Below are positions 40,162 to 49,633 of a stretch of 64,000 nucleotides of DNA, one piece after another (the stretch's first letter is position 1; the number at the start of each line of letters is the position of its first letter). Source of the DNA: an uncultured Pseudobdellovibrionaceae bacterium. Lineage in GTDB: Bacteria > Bdellovibrionota > Bdellovibrionia > Bdellovibrionales > UBA1609. The translations under genes and the position numbers were made by a program. The stretch spans positions 1 through 64,000 of the forward strand of contig CAWDNU010000002.1 of NCBI GenBank assembly GCA_963803705.1, in the 5' to 3' direction. The notes beneath the pieces are model-generated. The model did not search any database. It saw only the letters and a list, made by a program, of their open reading frames with translations, and had not been told where the DNA came from.

Positions 40162-41127
40162 GTGCCCACAATAAAAAGTTTAATTTTTTTCTCAATATCT
40201 TTATTCAGTATCTACTTATCTAGTGCCTTTGCTGAAGGGACAGTGCAGCCATCAACTGAAACTTTTAATGAGGATTCGTTTCTGATTTTACCAGAAGGAT
40301 CTGGTGAATTTGAATTTAGATTTAATAAAGAGTCCTCACCATATTACTTAAAAAGGTGGCAAATAACTGATAAAGATATGATCCCGCCACCTAAAGTCTT
40401 TGAGCCCTCTGAGGACGACTTAGACAACCTAAGAGATAACGAAATTTTTAAGATGCAAGAGTACAATACAAACTATATTATTTTTGGAGAGCCAGATACA
40501 AAAGTACAATTCAGCTTTAAGTTTAAGTTTTTTAAGAATATTGATATTTTTTTAGGTTATACACAAGTTATGTTTTGGAAGCTGTTTCAAGAGGACTCTA
40601 GTCCTTTCACAGAAATAAATTATAATCCGGAATTTTTCTACAAATATCAAAATAAGACTTACTTGTTTAACGAGATCGATATTGGGTACTCGCATTTATC
40701 TAATGGCAAAGACGAAGTTGGTTCTAGATCCGTTGATTCAGTTTATTTAAATCTTATGTCGTACGAAGTCTTCGATTATGGTATTCCAACGGTGCATTTA
40801 AAATTTAGGTATCTATTTAATAAAGATAAAACCAACAAAGATATCAGGGATTTTTATGGGCCTTTGAATGTTATATTTTATTTCAACAGGCTAGGTCGTA
40901 AAATTTTTCAAAGCGAAGAATTGTATTTTGAATATTACAATGGTGGCAAACTAGCTGACGACTTTTCAAAAACTTCTGTAAGGCTGAGCTTAAGATACAA
41001 ATTCTGGAAATCAAGTGCCGCTCCAAAAATTTTTATCCAATACTTTAATGGCTACGGAGAAAACTTAGCAAATTATAATATCAGAGAAGAGACTTGCCGA
41101 ATTGGTTTTTCTATCGGCGGATTCTAA
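40162..41127 (+). CDS. pldA: Outer membrane phospholipase A
   Basis: SSPF.E.NYNPE, HLSNG...SRS catalytic motif, YFNGYGENL..YN. Confidence 0.88.
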   Translation: MPTIKSLIFFSISLFSIYLSSAFAEGTVQPSTETFNEDSFLILPEGSGEFEFRFNKESSPYYLKRWQITDKDMIPPPKVFEPSEDDLDNLRDNEIFKMQEYNTNYIIFGEPDTKVQFSFKFKFFKNIDIFLGYTQVMFWKLFQEDSSPFTEINYNPEFFYKYQNKTYLFNEIDIGYSHLSNGKDEVGSRSVDSVYLNLMSYEVFDYGIPTVHLKFRYLFNKDKTNKDIRDFYGPLNVIFYFNRLGRKIFQSEELYFEYYNGGKLADDFSKTSVRLSLRYKFWKSSAAPKIFIQYFNGYGENLANYNIREETCRIGFSIGGF

Positions 41128-41221
41128 CCTGCCGCTGACATTTATAAAACAGTGGGCTCAGCCTCAGGAATTCCATTGGCAGTTTTAGATAGATTTCCTG
41201 ATGTACGCAGCTGAGTCAAAT

Positions 41222-42043
41222 TTACGTGCCTTCTAGGTACTTTTTTTTGAAGGATGAATTTATATTTTGTGTTTTGACAAATCCAAAGAATTCGAATGTT
41301 TTCAGGGCAGGGTCATAAGCTGGCGGGACTGAAAATTTTGCTCCAACATGTATATATGTTTTTACAAGTGTTGGTACGCACTGATCGTAAAGAATATTCA
41401 TCTTTAGTTCGTTGATAGGTTTTTTTAAAGAATCAAGTTTTAAGCTAAATTCTGAGGCATCTTTGGCAACTCCGATTGGCCAATGAGTTTTAAGTGGAAG
41501 AATCTTGATATCTGAAACTAAACTCTTTGTTTTAAACACATCACAGAGCTTTAATATTTCGTCGTCACAAACATCCCACATGGAAGAACATCCAAAAAGG
41601 TAATCAGAATTAGTTAGTTTTAAATACTCGGCAATGCCTCGCCATAGTAAAGTGATTATTACCCCAGCTCTAGCATCGGGATCCACTGATGCTCGACCTA
41701 ATTCCATTTTCCGACCCGGTAGCCTTAAAAATTCACTAAGGTCAAATTCGCGCTCAGAATAATGTTTAGAAACTTTATCGCTTAGTAGAAAGCGGTAAGT
41801 ACCCACTACCGCCTTAGTTGTTCTATCGACTACAATCAGATGGTCAGCATTATGATCGTATTGATCGATATCTACAATTCCTGAAAATCCTTTGGAAACT
41901 TGACTAAAAACTTTGAATCTTAATTGTTGGGCCTGAAGTATTTCGGCAAAAGTATTAGCTATTTTTACTACAAAGTTTTTTTTCTCGATTTCAAAATAAT
42001 AGTGAGGTCGAGTTTTTTTGTAGTCATGATTTTCTATGCTCAT
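41222..42043 (-). CDS. GNAT acyltransferase (OlsB/hemolysin-like, Acetyltransf_5)
   Basis: AQ.LRF.VF, D.YD..DHL, VGTYR, ELGRA, LLWRGI, LFGCSS. Confidence 0.85.
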   Translation of the reverse strand: MSIENHDYKKTRPHYYFEIEKKNFVVKIANTFAEILQAQQLRFKVFSQVSKGFSGIVDIDQYDHNADHLIVVDRTTKAVVGTYRFLLSDKVSKHYSEREFDLSEFLRLPGRKMELGRASVDPDARAGVIITLLWRGIAEYLKLTNSDYLFGCSSMWDVCDDEILKLCDVFKTKSLVSDIKILPLKTHWPIGVAKDASEFSLKLDSLKKPINELKMNILYDQCVPTLVKTYIHVGAKFSVPPAYDPALKTFEFFGFVKTQNINSSFKKKYLEGT

Positions 42044-42128
42044 CACAATAAAATTCCTTTTCAATCTTTACCATCTAATTGCAAATTGTCGTAACAATTT
42101 TTATGCTTAATAACATCAAAATTACTAA

Positions 42129-42542
42129 CTACTTGCCACCATGATGACTTGTCTCAATGGTAACATTTCTAAAGCCATTTTTTTTCAAGACATCCAAAAC
42201 TTCCACTACAAGTCCCAAGTTCGATGCTTTATCACCTTGTAGGCTTACTGCTGCGCTAATTCCCTCTAGCTTCATTAGCTCTAATTCTCTTTTTAATTGA
42301 CCCATAGACAGTTTTTTATTTTCCAAAAAAATGGTGCTCGAATTGTCAATGCTAACAGTAAATGATCTGCTGTTAGATTCTAAATTTTTTTTTGATGCGC
42401 TTGGGAGTGATAGTTTGATCCCGTTTCTACTAACTTTTTGCATCAACGCCATCATAAAAATAAAAATTAGTATAAAAATACTATCTAAAATAGGAACTAA
42501 ATTTATTTGAGGTGATAAAATAGAGTTTTCAGCAAGTTTCAT
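42129..42542 (-). CDS. ExbD/TolR family protein
   Basis: INLVPILD..FIL..F, LP.AS, GDK. Confidence 0.9.
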   Translation of the reverse strand: MKLAENSILSPQINLVPILDSIFILIFIFMMALMQKVSRNGIKLSLPSASKKNLESNSRSFTVSIDNSSTIFLENKKLSMGQLKRELELMKLEGISAAVSLQGDKASNLGLVVEVLDVLKKNGFRNVTIETSHHGGK

Positions 42543-43150
42543 CAGGGTGTAACCAAACTTTCAAAAGCAGAGATGTCACGTTCAAGCTTTGATCTTAGAT
42601 TTTCGATTCGAGCTTTGAACTGATTGTAAACAATCAGTCCAATAATTGAAATAACAAGTCCAAGTGCCGTTGTAACCAAAGCCTGAGATAGACCTGCAAT
42701 CATCACTTGAGAGTTAAAAATATCACCAGATTCAGAAGTTAAGCTAGCCACAGAGGTTATAATGCCTAAAACAGTTCCTAAGATCCCAAGCAAAGGGCTA
42801 ATATTAATTACTGTTTCAAGCCCTGCCATAGATTTTTTAGCATGATCTAATTTCTGCTGAGCTAATGATTGTAGAATTTGGCTGTGGATGCGACCCTTAC
42901 TTGCCAAACAGTGTTTCAAGCAAATTAACGAGGGATCTTTTGAGCCTTCTATAATATTTTTTGCGTCTTCAAAATGTTTATGGGCCATTAGGGTGTACAC
43001 ATGTTCCACATCTTTTGTGTTATATTTAGATGTAAGGCGAACCCAAAAAAAAGTTCGCTCTATGATAAGAATAAGACCTATGAGCGCGCATAATATAAGT
43101 GGAAAAACTAGAAAGCCACCCTGCAGGATGAATGACACTATATTTGACAT
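42542..43150 (-). CDS. MotA/TolQ/ExbB family protein
   Basis: SPLLGILGTV, GLSQALVTTALGL. Confidence 0.92.
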   Translation of the reverse strand: MSNIVSFILQGGFLVFPLILCALIGLILIIERTFFWVRLTSKYNTKDVEHVYTLMAHKHFEDAKNIIEGSKDPSLICLKHCLASKGRIHSQILQSLAQQKLDHAKKSMAGLETVINISPLLGILGTVLGIITSVASLTSESGDIFNSQVMIAGLSQALVTTALGLVISIIGLIVYNQFKARIENLRSKLERDISAFESLVTP

Positions 43151-43203
43151 AATGAAACATTAAAAGCTTTGACCTGAAAAAGACAGAAGTATTTAGACAG
43201 CCG

Positions 43204-43386
43204 CTACTTAATTTCTTTATGCAAAGTATGCTTTCTTAGATTTGGGTTGTACTTTTTTTTCTCAAGACGCTCTGGATGAGTTTGAGAGTTCTTTTTCGTA
43301 GTGTACCTGGAAGGTGGCATCCCAATTTTGCGGGCTTCAGTGCACTCAAGTGTGATAATTCTTACTTTACCTTTTTTCTTAGCCAT
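43204..43386 (-). CDS. rpmG: 50S ribosomal protein L33
   Basis: [37 protein letters not shown]. Confidence 0.97.
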   Translation of the reverse strand: MAKKKGKVRIITLECTEARKIGMPPSRYTTKKNSQTHPERLEKKKYNPNLRKHTLHKEIK

Positions 43387-43422
43387 ATGTTACTCCTACG
43401 AAGGGTTAGAAGTAGTTAATAG

Positions 43423-44157
43423 CTAAGTTTTTGTCAATATTTTTAAATAGCTTTTTACAGTTTGCTCTAGGCCTGTATAAAGGGCTTCGGATATCAGCGC
43501 ATGACCAATCGAAACCTCTGACACTTCAGGAACTTCAGTAATAAACAGTTTCAAATTCTGTTGGTTTAAGTCGTGACCAGCGTTAACACCTAACCCAGAT
43601 TTTAGTGCAAGGCGAGCAAGCATTGCATATGCATCTAATATAGGCTTCAAACGATCTGGGTAATTGTAAGCTTTAGCGTAGGCCTCGGTGTACAGTTCAA
43701 TCCTGTGAGCCCCCAAGTCCCTTAGCAACTTTAGATGATCCTCTTTGCAAGTGGCGGGGTCTACGAAAACAGAAATTCGCGAAGCAGAGATATTCTTAAA
43801 GGCTTTTCTTAAAAGATCTTTTTGAGTTGAAATATTCCAGCCCGCGTTCGATGTTAAAGCATCTGGGGGATCGGGGACTAAGGTTACTTGTGCTGGAACA
43901 ATACACTTTATTAGCTTTAGAAAGGAATCCGAGGGGTAGCCTTCTACATTTAGCTCGGTTTTGACTACAGATTTCAAATCGTAAACATCGCTAAATTTGA
44001 TATGGCGCTCGTCCGGTCGAGGGTGAACAGTGATGCCTTGTGCGCCAAAGGATTCAATATGTTCAGCTGCTAAGGTAACATTGGGATCGTTGCCTCCGCG
44101 TGCATTTCTAAGTGTGGCAATTTTGTTGATATTTACACTAAGTTTTGTATCAGTCAT
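43423..44157 (-). CDS. pdxJ: Pyridoxine 5'-phosphate synthase
   Basis: LSVNINKIATLRNARG, ITVHPRPDERHI, NAGHDL, EVSIGHA. Confidence 0.97.
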   Translation of the reverse strand: MTDTKLSVNINKIATLRNARGGNDPNVTLAAEHIESFGAQGITVHPRPDERHIKFSDVYDLKSVVKTELNVEGYPSDSFLKLIKCIVPAQVTLVPDPPDALTSNAGWNISTQKDLLRKAFKNISASRISVFVDPATCKEDHLKLLRDLGAHRIELYTEAYAKAYNYPDRLKPILDAYAMLARLALKSGLGVNAGHDLNQQNLKLFITEVPEVSEVSIGHALISEALYTGLEQTVKSYLKILTKT

Positions 44158-44263
44158 AATCTTGAATTACGTAGGCTTTTTAAATGCGTCAAGTTCTTGT
44201 TAAGACTCTTCAGAAACCAGATTACTCTTTTGGTCTTGGTGAAATATTTGGTAGAACTTAAAT

Positions 44264-44280
44264 AGCTGATTCAATCAGCT
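44264..44280. promoter_or_regulatory. Perfect palindrome, operator-like
   Basis: AGCTGATT-C-AATCAGCT. Confidence 0.45.
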
Positions 44281-44289
44281 TCTCAAGTA

Positions 44290-44434
44290 AAGCTGTGAAG
44301 CCTGGGACGAAAAATAGTCCTCAAGGCGTAAGCTGTGAAGCCTGGGACGAAAAATAGTCCTCAAGGCGTAAGCTGTGAAGCCTGGGACGAAAAATAGTCC
44401 TCAAGGCGTAAGCTGTGAAGCCTGGGACGAAAAA
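44290..44434 (+). repeat. 40-bp tandem repeat, 3.6 identical copies, each able to form a hairpin
   Basis: Unit AAGCTGTGAAGCCTGGGACGAAAAATAGTCCTCAAGGCGT at 44290, 44330, 44370 and partial at 44410. Confidence 0.97.
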
Positions 44435-44442
44435 GGAGATAC

Positions 44443-45135
44443 ATGGCTCATAAAATTTTATTAGTTGAAGATGAAGAAAGCTTAGCGCGTCTGGTATCGC
44501 TACAACTGCAGTCTCACGGCTACGCAGTGGATATAGCTTATGATGGACAGATGGCGCTGAAAAATATTTTAACTTCGGCTTATGATGCTATTTTATTAGA
44601 TCGCATGATTCCCCATGCAAACGGTTTGGAAGTCCTGGCAAAAATTAGGTCAGAAGGAATTCAAACCCCAGTTATATTTGTAACCGCTTTAAATTCACCT
44701 GATCATATAATCGAAGGTCTGGAAGCCGGCGCTGATGACTACGTAACAAAACCATTTGATGAGCGGATTTTGATCTCTAGAATAAGATCAGTTATGCGCA
44801 GAGCTCAGACAGAAAAGGATAACCTTAAAACTGAATCTGATTGGATCGAAATTGAAAATATAGCACTGAATTCGAAAGCTTTCGAAGTGAAGGTCGGTGA
44901 CAACAAATTAAGCCTAACTCGTTCTGAGTTTCTACTTTTGCAAGCTTTGATGCAGCAGCAAGGGTGTGTGTTAACTCGAAAGTTCTTAATAAGCACGGTT
45001 CAAGGTGAAGATGTGAATGTAACTGGTCGAACCGTGGACACTCATATTTTTGGGTTAAGAAAAAAATTGGGCGAAAGCTCAGATTTAATTGAAACTATTA
45101 GGGGAGTTGGCTATAGAATGAAATTCCATGAATAG
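44443..45135 (+). CDS. OmpR/PhoB-family response regulator
   Basis: ILLVEDE, LLDRM, GADDYVTKPF, RTVDTHI..LRKKL, TIRGVGY. Confidence 0.95.
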   Translation: MAHKILLVEDEESLARLVSLQLQSHGYAVDIAYDGQMALKNILTSAYDAILLDRMIPHANGLEVLAKIRSEGIQTPVIFVTALNSPDHIIEGLEAGADDYVTKPFDERILISRIRSVMRRAQTEKDNLKTESDWIEIENIALNSKAFEVKVGDNKLSLTRSEFLLLQALMQQQGCVLTRKFLISTVQGEDVNVTGRTVDTHIFGLRKKLGESSDLIETIRGVGYRMKFHE

Positions 45136-46525
45136 TCGTTTACCTTATAGATTGTTTTTCAAAGCCTTAGCAATACATCTTGCACTGTTTATTCTTGGTC
45201 TTGCGATTTATAGATTTGTACTATTAAGGATTATACCTGAACCAACATTTAATCATTCTTATTTTTTCTTTTTATTTTTTTCTGTATTTAGTTTAGTGAT
45301 CATATTTAATTTTACTCTGAAGCCTTTAACTCGAATGATAAAGTCTTTAACTGCCTTAGTTGAAAATCAAAGTTTTTCTGAAGATGAAATCACAAAGGCC
45401 ATGGCTTACGATACTACTCCGGGTGAATGGCATGACCTAGAGCTTATTTTGAAAAAATTAGTAAAAATTCTTAGAAAAAATTTTAAAGCCTTGTCTCGTG
45501 AAAAAATCGAAATTCAAGCTGTTATGAACTCCGTAGAAGAACCTATTTTCGCAATAGATCAGTCAGAGCGAATTATTTTTTACAATCCCGCGTTTGGTAT
45601 GGTTTTTGGCATGGAGTCTGGCAGTAAAGGGCAGGTCTTAGCACACAGCGCTTTGCCAGATGCAACCATTCTGGATGCTATTCGTAAAGTGTTTTTGGAC
45701 GGTGAACCTCAGGAAATCCAAGCTGACTTATTTATAGCTAACCAGTCATTTTCTTTCACCGTTTCTTTGTCGCCGTTGAAACGAGAGACCGATAATTCAA
45801 CCTACGGTGTTGTGGCTGTATTTCATGATAGAAGTCTACAAATTGAAACAAACAAGAAAAAATTAGATTTTGTTGCTAATGCCTCTCATGAATTAAGAAC
45901 ACCTGTGACCATGGTTTCTTCAGCCGTATCGTTACTAGAAAGAAACTTAGAAAATAAAGAGCTCAGGCAAGAGTTGATTTTAAATTTAAAAGAAAATACC
46001 AGTCGACTTATAAACCTTACAGAAGGCTTACTGGATTTATCTACAATCGAAAGTGGAGAGCGACTAGATTTAAAACTTATAAAACCTGAAGAATTTACAT
46101 TGAAGTTTTTAACTTCGAATAATTATGATTTAGAAAAGATTTTATTACAGTGTGAACAGGGCATTCAGCTTCATGCTGACCCCAGACGGTTAGACCAAAT
46201 TTTAACTAATTTGATCACTAATGCAGTAAGATATTCTTCAAAAGAAAAAAAGATCTCTATTTTTTGGGAAGCGAAAGCAGACCATATTATTCTAAAGGTC
46301 AGGGATGAAGGGACTGGAATCGCGACCGAGCATGCAAAACGTATATTTGAGCGCTTTTACAGAGTTGATGCTGCAAGAACGCGTAAGCATGGAGGAACAG
46401 GTATAGGTCTTGCCATTGTGAAGCATATCATGAAGCTTCATAAGGGTGACGTTTTTGTAAACACTGATTATAAGCTTGGGGCCGAGTTCGTGTGTGAGTT
46501 CCCAACTATTTTCACTTCTAATTAA
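45128..46525 (+). CDS. PhoR-like PAS sensor histidine kinase
   Basis: 2 TM, PAS-like region, DFVANASHELRTP, NLITNA, DEGTGI, FERFYRVD, GGTGIGL. Confidence 0.92.
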   Translation: MNSRLPYRLFFKALAIHLALFILGLAIYRFVLLRIIPEPTFNHSYFFFLFFSVFSLVIIFNFTLKPLTRMIKSLTALVENQSFSEDEITKAMAYDTTPGEWHDLELILKKLVKILRKNFKALSREKIEIQAVMNSVEEPIFAIDQSERIIFYNPAFGMVFGMESGSKGQVLAHSALPDATILDAIRKVFLDGEPQEIQADLFIANQSFSFTVSLSPLKRETDNSTYGVVAVFHDRSLQIETNKKKLDFVANASHELRTPVTMVSSAVSLLERNLENKELRQELILNLKENTSRLINLTEGLLDLSTIESGERLDLKLIKPEEFTLKFLTSNNYDLEKILLQCEQGIQLHADPRRLDQILTNLITNAVRYSSKEKKISIFWEAKADHIILKVRDEGTGIATEHAKRIFERFYRVDAARTRKHGGTGIGLAIVKHIMKLHKGDVFVNTDYKLGAEFVCEFPTIFTSN

Positions 46526-46621
46526 TTTTCCAACAATTACTGCGCCATTGTTTTACTTCAATGCGCCTTTAAACTTACGCCCATAAAAAAATAATTCTAA
46601 GTAACATTAAAAAATTAATAT

Positions 46622-47596
46622 CTATTTGAAAAATCCTTCGATACCTTTTTCAAGCCTTTCTTTTAGAGGTAAAAGTTCACTACTCACAAACGCTCCACAA
46701 GCAAGCTCGTGCCCTCCACCGTCAAACTGCTCAGCAAGTTCTAAGACCTTAAACTTACCTTTTGATCTGAAACTAACCCTGAACTCATTTTTTTCAAGCT
46801 CTCTGGCAACTACCGCGATCTCGCAGGTGTCTACCCCCAAAATGAAATCGACTATGTCGTGTATTTCTTCTGGTTCTACTTTAGCCGCTTCGATCATCTC
46901 GAAAGGAATCATCAACAGACCTACCTGATCTTTATGGGTAAAAACTATATCCTTTAGTGAAAGTCCTAAAAATTTAACTTTGTTAGCCGAGTAATTGGCA
47001 AACAACATCCTGTGAATCCAGGTGCAGTCAATATCAAACTTCATAAGTTCGTTAGCGATGTTAAATGAGGACTTGGAATTACGGATGAACCTAAAGACAT
47101 GGGTATCAAATGCAATGCTGGTGTAAAGTGCTTCAGCAATTTTTTTGCTTAACGGTACACCTAACGCATTTACAAGCTTATAAGTCATTTCCCCCGTAGA
47201 GGCTGCTTGAGAATCTACAATTGAATTTTCGGTTGGATTCGGCCCTTTATTAAGTAAAGCATGATGATCTAAAAAAATAACTTCGCATTCCGACACAAAA
47301 TGGCTATACAAAGGTTCTATCATCCTGTGATCATTTGTATCGAAGGCTAAAATCAAGTCAGGTTTCAAATCAATTTTATTGTGAAAGGCTTGCACCCTTG
47401 AGTCTCGATCAATAAATTTATAGCGATCGTGTAATTCCTCTTGATGAATAATCTGAACATTTTTATTTAAACTCTCTAGGCAGTAGTAAATAGCAAGTTC
47501 TGAACCTAGTCCGTCCCCATCGCATGACTTATGGGTCGTCAGAATTATATTATTGCTAGAAGCAATTTTTTCAACAAGGTAGCTATAAGAATTCAT
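46622..47596 (-). CDS. DHH/DHHA1 phosphoesterase (NrnA-like)
   Basis: H..DGDGLGS, DHH, DT..F, GGGH..A.G. Confidence 0.93.
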   Translation of the reverse strand: MNSYSYLVEKIASSNNIILTTHKSCDGDGLGSELAIYYCLESLNKNVQIIHQEELHDRYKFIDRDSRVQAFHNKIDLKPDLILAFDTNDHRMIEPLYSHFVSECEVIFLDHHALLNKGPNPTENSIVDSQAASTGEMTYKLVNALGVPLSKKIAEALYTSIAFDTHVFRFIRNSKSSFNIANELMKFDIDCTWIHRMLFANYSANKVKFLGLSLKDIVFTHKDQVGLLMIPFEMIEAAKVEPEEIHDIVDFILGVDTCEIAVVARELEKNEFRVSFRSKGKFKVLELAEQFDGGGHELACGAFVSSELLPLKERLEKGIEGFFK

Positions 47597-47651
47597 CTAC
47601 AATTAGATTCGGGTTAATTGGACTGAAGGTAAAGACAAAAACCTGTTTTTT

Positions 47652-48989
47652 TTAGGAAATATACGAAAGCCCTAAAGTTGCAATACCGAGAAATGCTAAG
47701 TAGCCAAAAATATCTGTGCTCATAGTTACCAAAACTCCACTACTAACGGCTGGATCTTTGCCAAAAGATTTAAGCAAGATAGGTACTAACGCCCCCATCG
47801 AAGAAGCAACAATAGAATTCAGAAACATCGAGATGGCCAGTATGATGCCAATAGCTAAATGTCCTTTCCAAAAATAAACAAGTATCCCAGAACAAAGTCC
47901 AGTGGTCAGTCCTAGCATTAGACCTACCGAAACTTCCTTTATTATCGCTTTTTTAAATGTTGTATATTCAAATTCGCCAGTGGCTAGGCCTCGAGTCATA
48001 ACGGTAAGGGTTTGAATCGCAGTGTTACCACTGACAGCAGCGGTTATATTCATTAGACTGGCTAATATGATGACGTCCGCTATAGTCTGCTCGAACTGGC
48101 TTATAACAAAACTTGAAAAGTAAGCTAAAACTAGATTCAGAAATAGCCATGGAATTCTATAGAAGTAAGATTGCGAGCTTTTTGTTGATACGGAATCCAT
48201 TTGTTGCAGGCCGGCCTGAGCGTAAATATCAGCCGTCGCTTGTTCCTGAATTTCATCTACAATATCGTCAATGGTTATAAGCCCAACCATTTTGCTGTTA
48301 TTGTTCACTATGGGTAATGCGATTAAATCATGATCCTGAACTAAGTTGATTGCTTCCTCAATATCATCGTTAGTTTTAGCTGAAAATATATCTCGACTAA
48401 TAAGATTGTCTAAAGCTTCATCTGAAGGCGCTAGAGCTAGCTCCCTTAAAGAAGCAACCCCGATAAGCTTAGAGTTGGGTGTCACACAGTATATATAATA
48501 AAGCGAGTCAGATGCTACAGCGTTTTTTCGAATGTATTCCAAGCTTTCGCCTGCACTTAGCTGAATAGGAATAGAAAAAAAATCTGTCTGCATTTTTCGG
48601 CCGCAAGAATCTTTGGGGTATTCTAAATACTTTCTTAATATTTCAGATTCAGGCAGATTAGGCAGCAGTAACTCAATCTCGTCTGATGATAAATAACTTA
48701 GAAATCTGACAGCATCATCTACTTCTGATTTCAAAACCAAAGTTTGCCAATCATGGGGTTCAAACGTATCAATAAAGTCTGCGAGACGCGATTCCGGAAG
48801 CTCTAGTAAAGCATCAGCTATTAGAGGCAGAAGTAAAAGCTCAGCTTTTTTTTCCAAAAAAGCTGTTACATTAAGCTCGTTTATCCATTGCGATAAGCCC
48901 ATATGATCCAGTTCATTTAGCTGACCTGGGGGAGTATCTATAGGGTTTTTCTTGAGCGTATGTTTGCCCTTTTTCCAAAACTTAAGCAT
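47652..48989 (-). CDS. mgtE: MgtE magnesium transporter
   Basis: CBS pair, RIPWL, GN..IQ, DPA..SG...T..TD. Confidence 0.95.
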   Translation of the reverse strand: MLKFWKKGKHTLKKNPIDTPPGQLNELDHMGLSQWINELNVTAFLEKKAELLLLPLIADALLELPESRLADFIDTFEPHDWQTLVLKSEVDDAVRFLSYLSSDEIELLLPNLPESEILRKYLEYPKDSCGRKMQTDFFSIPIQLSAGESLEYIRKNAVASDSLYYIYCVTPNSKLIGVASLRELALAPSDEALDNLISRDIFSAKTNDDIEEAINLVQDHDLIALPIVNNNSKMVGLITIDDIVDEIQEQATADIYAQAGLQQMDSVSTKSSQSYFYRIPWLFLNLVLAYFSSFVISQFEQTIADVIILASLMNITAAVSGNTAIQTLTVMTRGLATGEFEYTTFKKAIIKEVSVGLMLGLTTGLCSGILVYFWKGHLAIGIILAISMFLNSIVASSMGALVPILLKSFGKDPAVSSGVLVTMSTDIFGYLAFLGIATLGLSYIS

Positions 48990-49084
48990 TGTGATCTCGA
49001 ATAACTTTAAAATGTGTTGTAATTACTTGAATTTTGACTATATAGTACCGTCTTTTAAATGGCCAACAACTTTTGGAGCACTAA

Positions 49085-49561
49085 ATGAGTGATAAACAGC
49101 CGATGACGGTTAAAGGCAAAATTTTATTAGACCAAGAACTTAAGCACTTGATGCATGTTGAACGTCCTGATGTGATAAAAGCTATCGAAGAGGCAAGAGG
49201 TCATGGAGACTTAAGTGAAAACGCCGATTATGACGCAGCTAAAGAGCGCCAAGGATTTGTTGAAGCACGCATTGCTGACATTCAGACAAAATTAGCTAAA
49301 GCGGAAGTCGTGGATCCTGCAGGTGTGAAATCTGAAAAAGTTGTTTTCGGAGCTACAGTTACAATCCAAGATTTAGAAGCAGATAAAGAAGTTACTTACC
49401 AACTCGTTGGCGTAGACGAAGCCAATATAAAAGAGGGTAAGCTTTCTGTATTTTCTCCGCTTGGAAGAGCTATGATCGGCAAGAAAAAATCTGATGTCAT
49501 AGAGGTTCAGTCTCCGAAAGGTGACAAGGAATACGAAATAAAAAAGTTTATATTTAAGTAG
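49085..49561 (+). CDS. greA: Transcription elongation factor GreA
   Basis: ARGHGDLSENADYDAAKE, SPLGRA. Confidence 0.97.
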   Translation: MSDKQPMTVKGKILLDQELKHLMHVERPDVIKAIEEARGHGDLSENADYDAAKERQGFVEARIADIQTKLAKAEVVDPAGVKSEKVVFGATVTIQDLEADKEVTYQLVGVDEANIKEGKLSVFSPLGRAMIGKKKSDVIEVQSPKGDKEYEIKKFIFK

Positions 49562-49633
49562 TTTCATAAGCGCCTTTTTGACAACTCCTGCTATCCAAAT
49601 GACTTTTGTGCAAATTGGCTTAGTATAAGATTT

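Noticed and set aside
44290..44434. CRISPR array or hammerhead ribozyme reading of the 40-bp repeats
   Set aside because: Units are contiguous and identical with no spacers and no cas genes nearby; CTGTGAAG does not match the CUGANGA core
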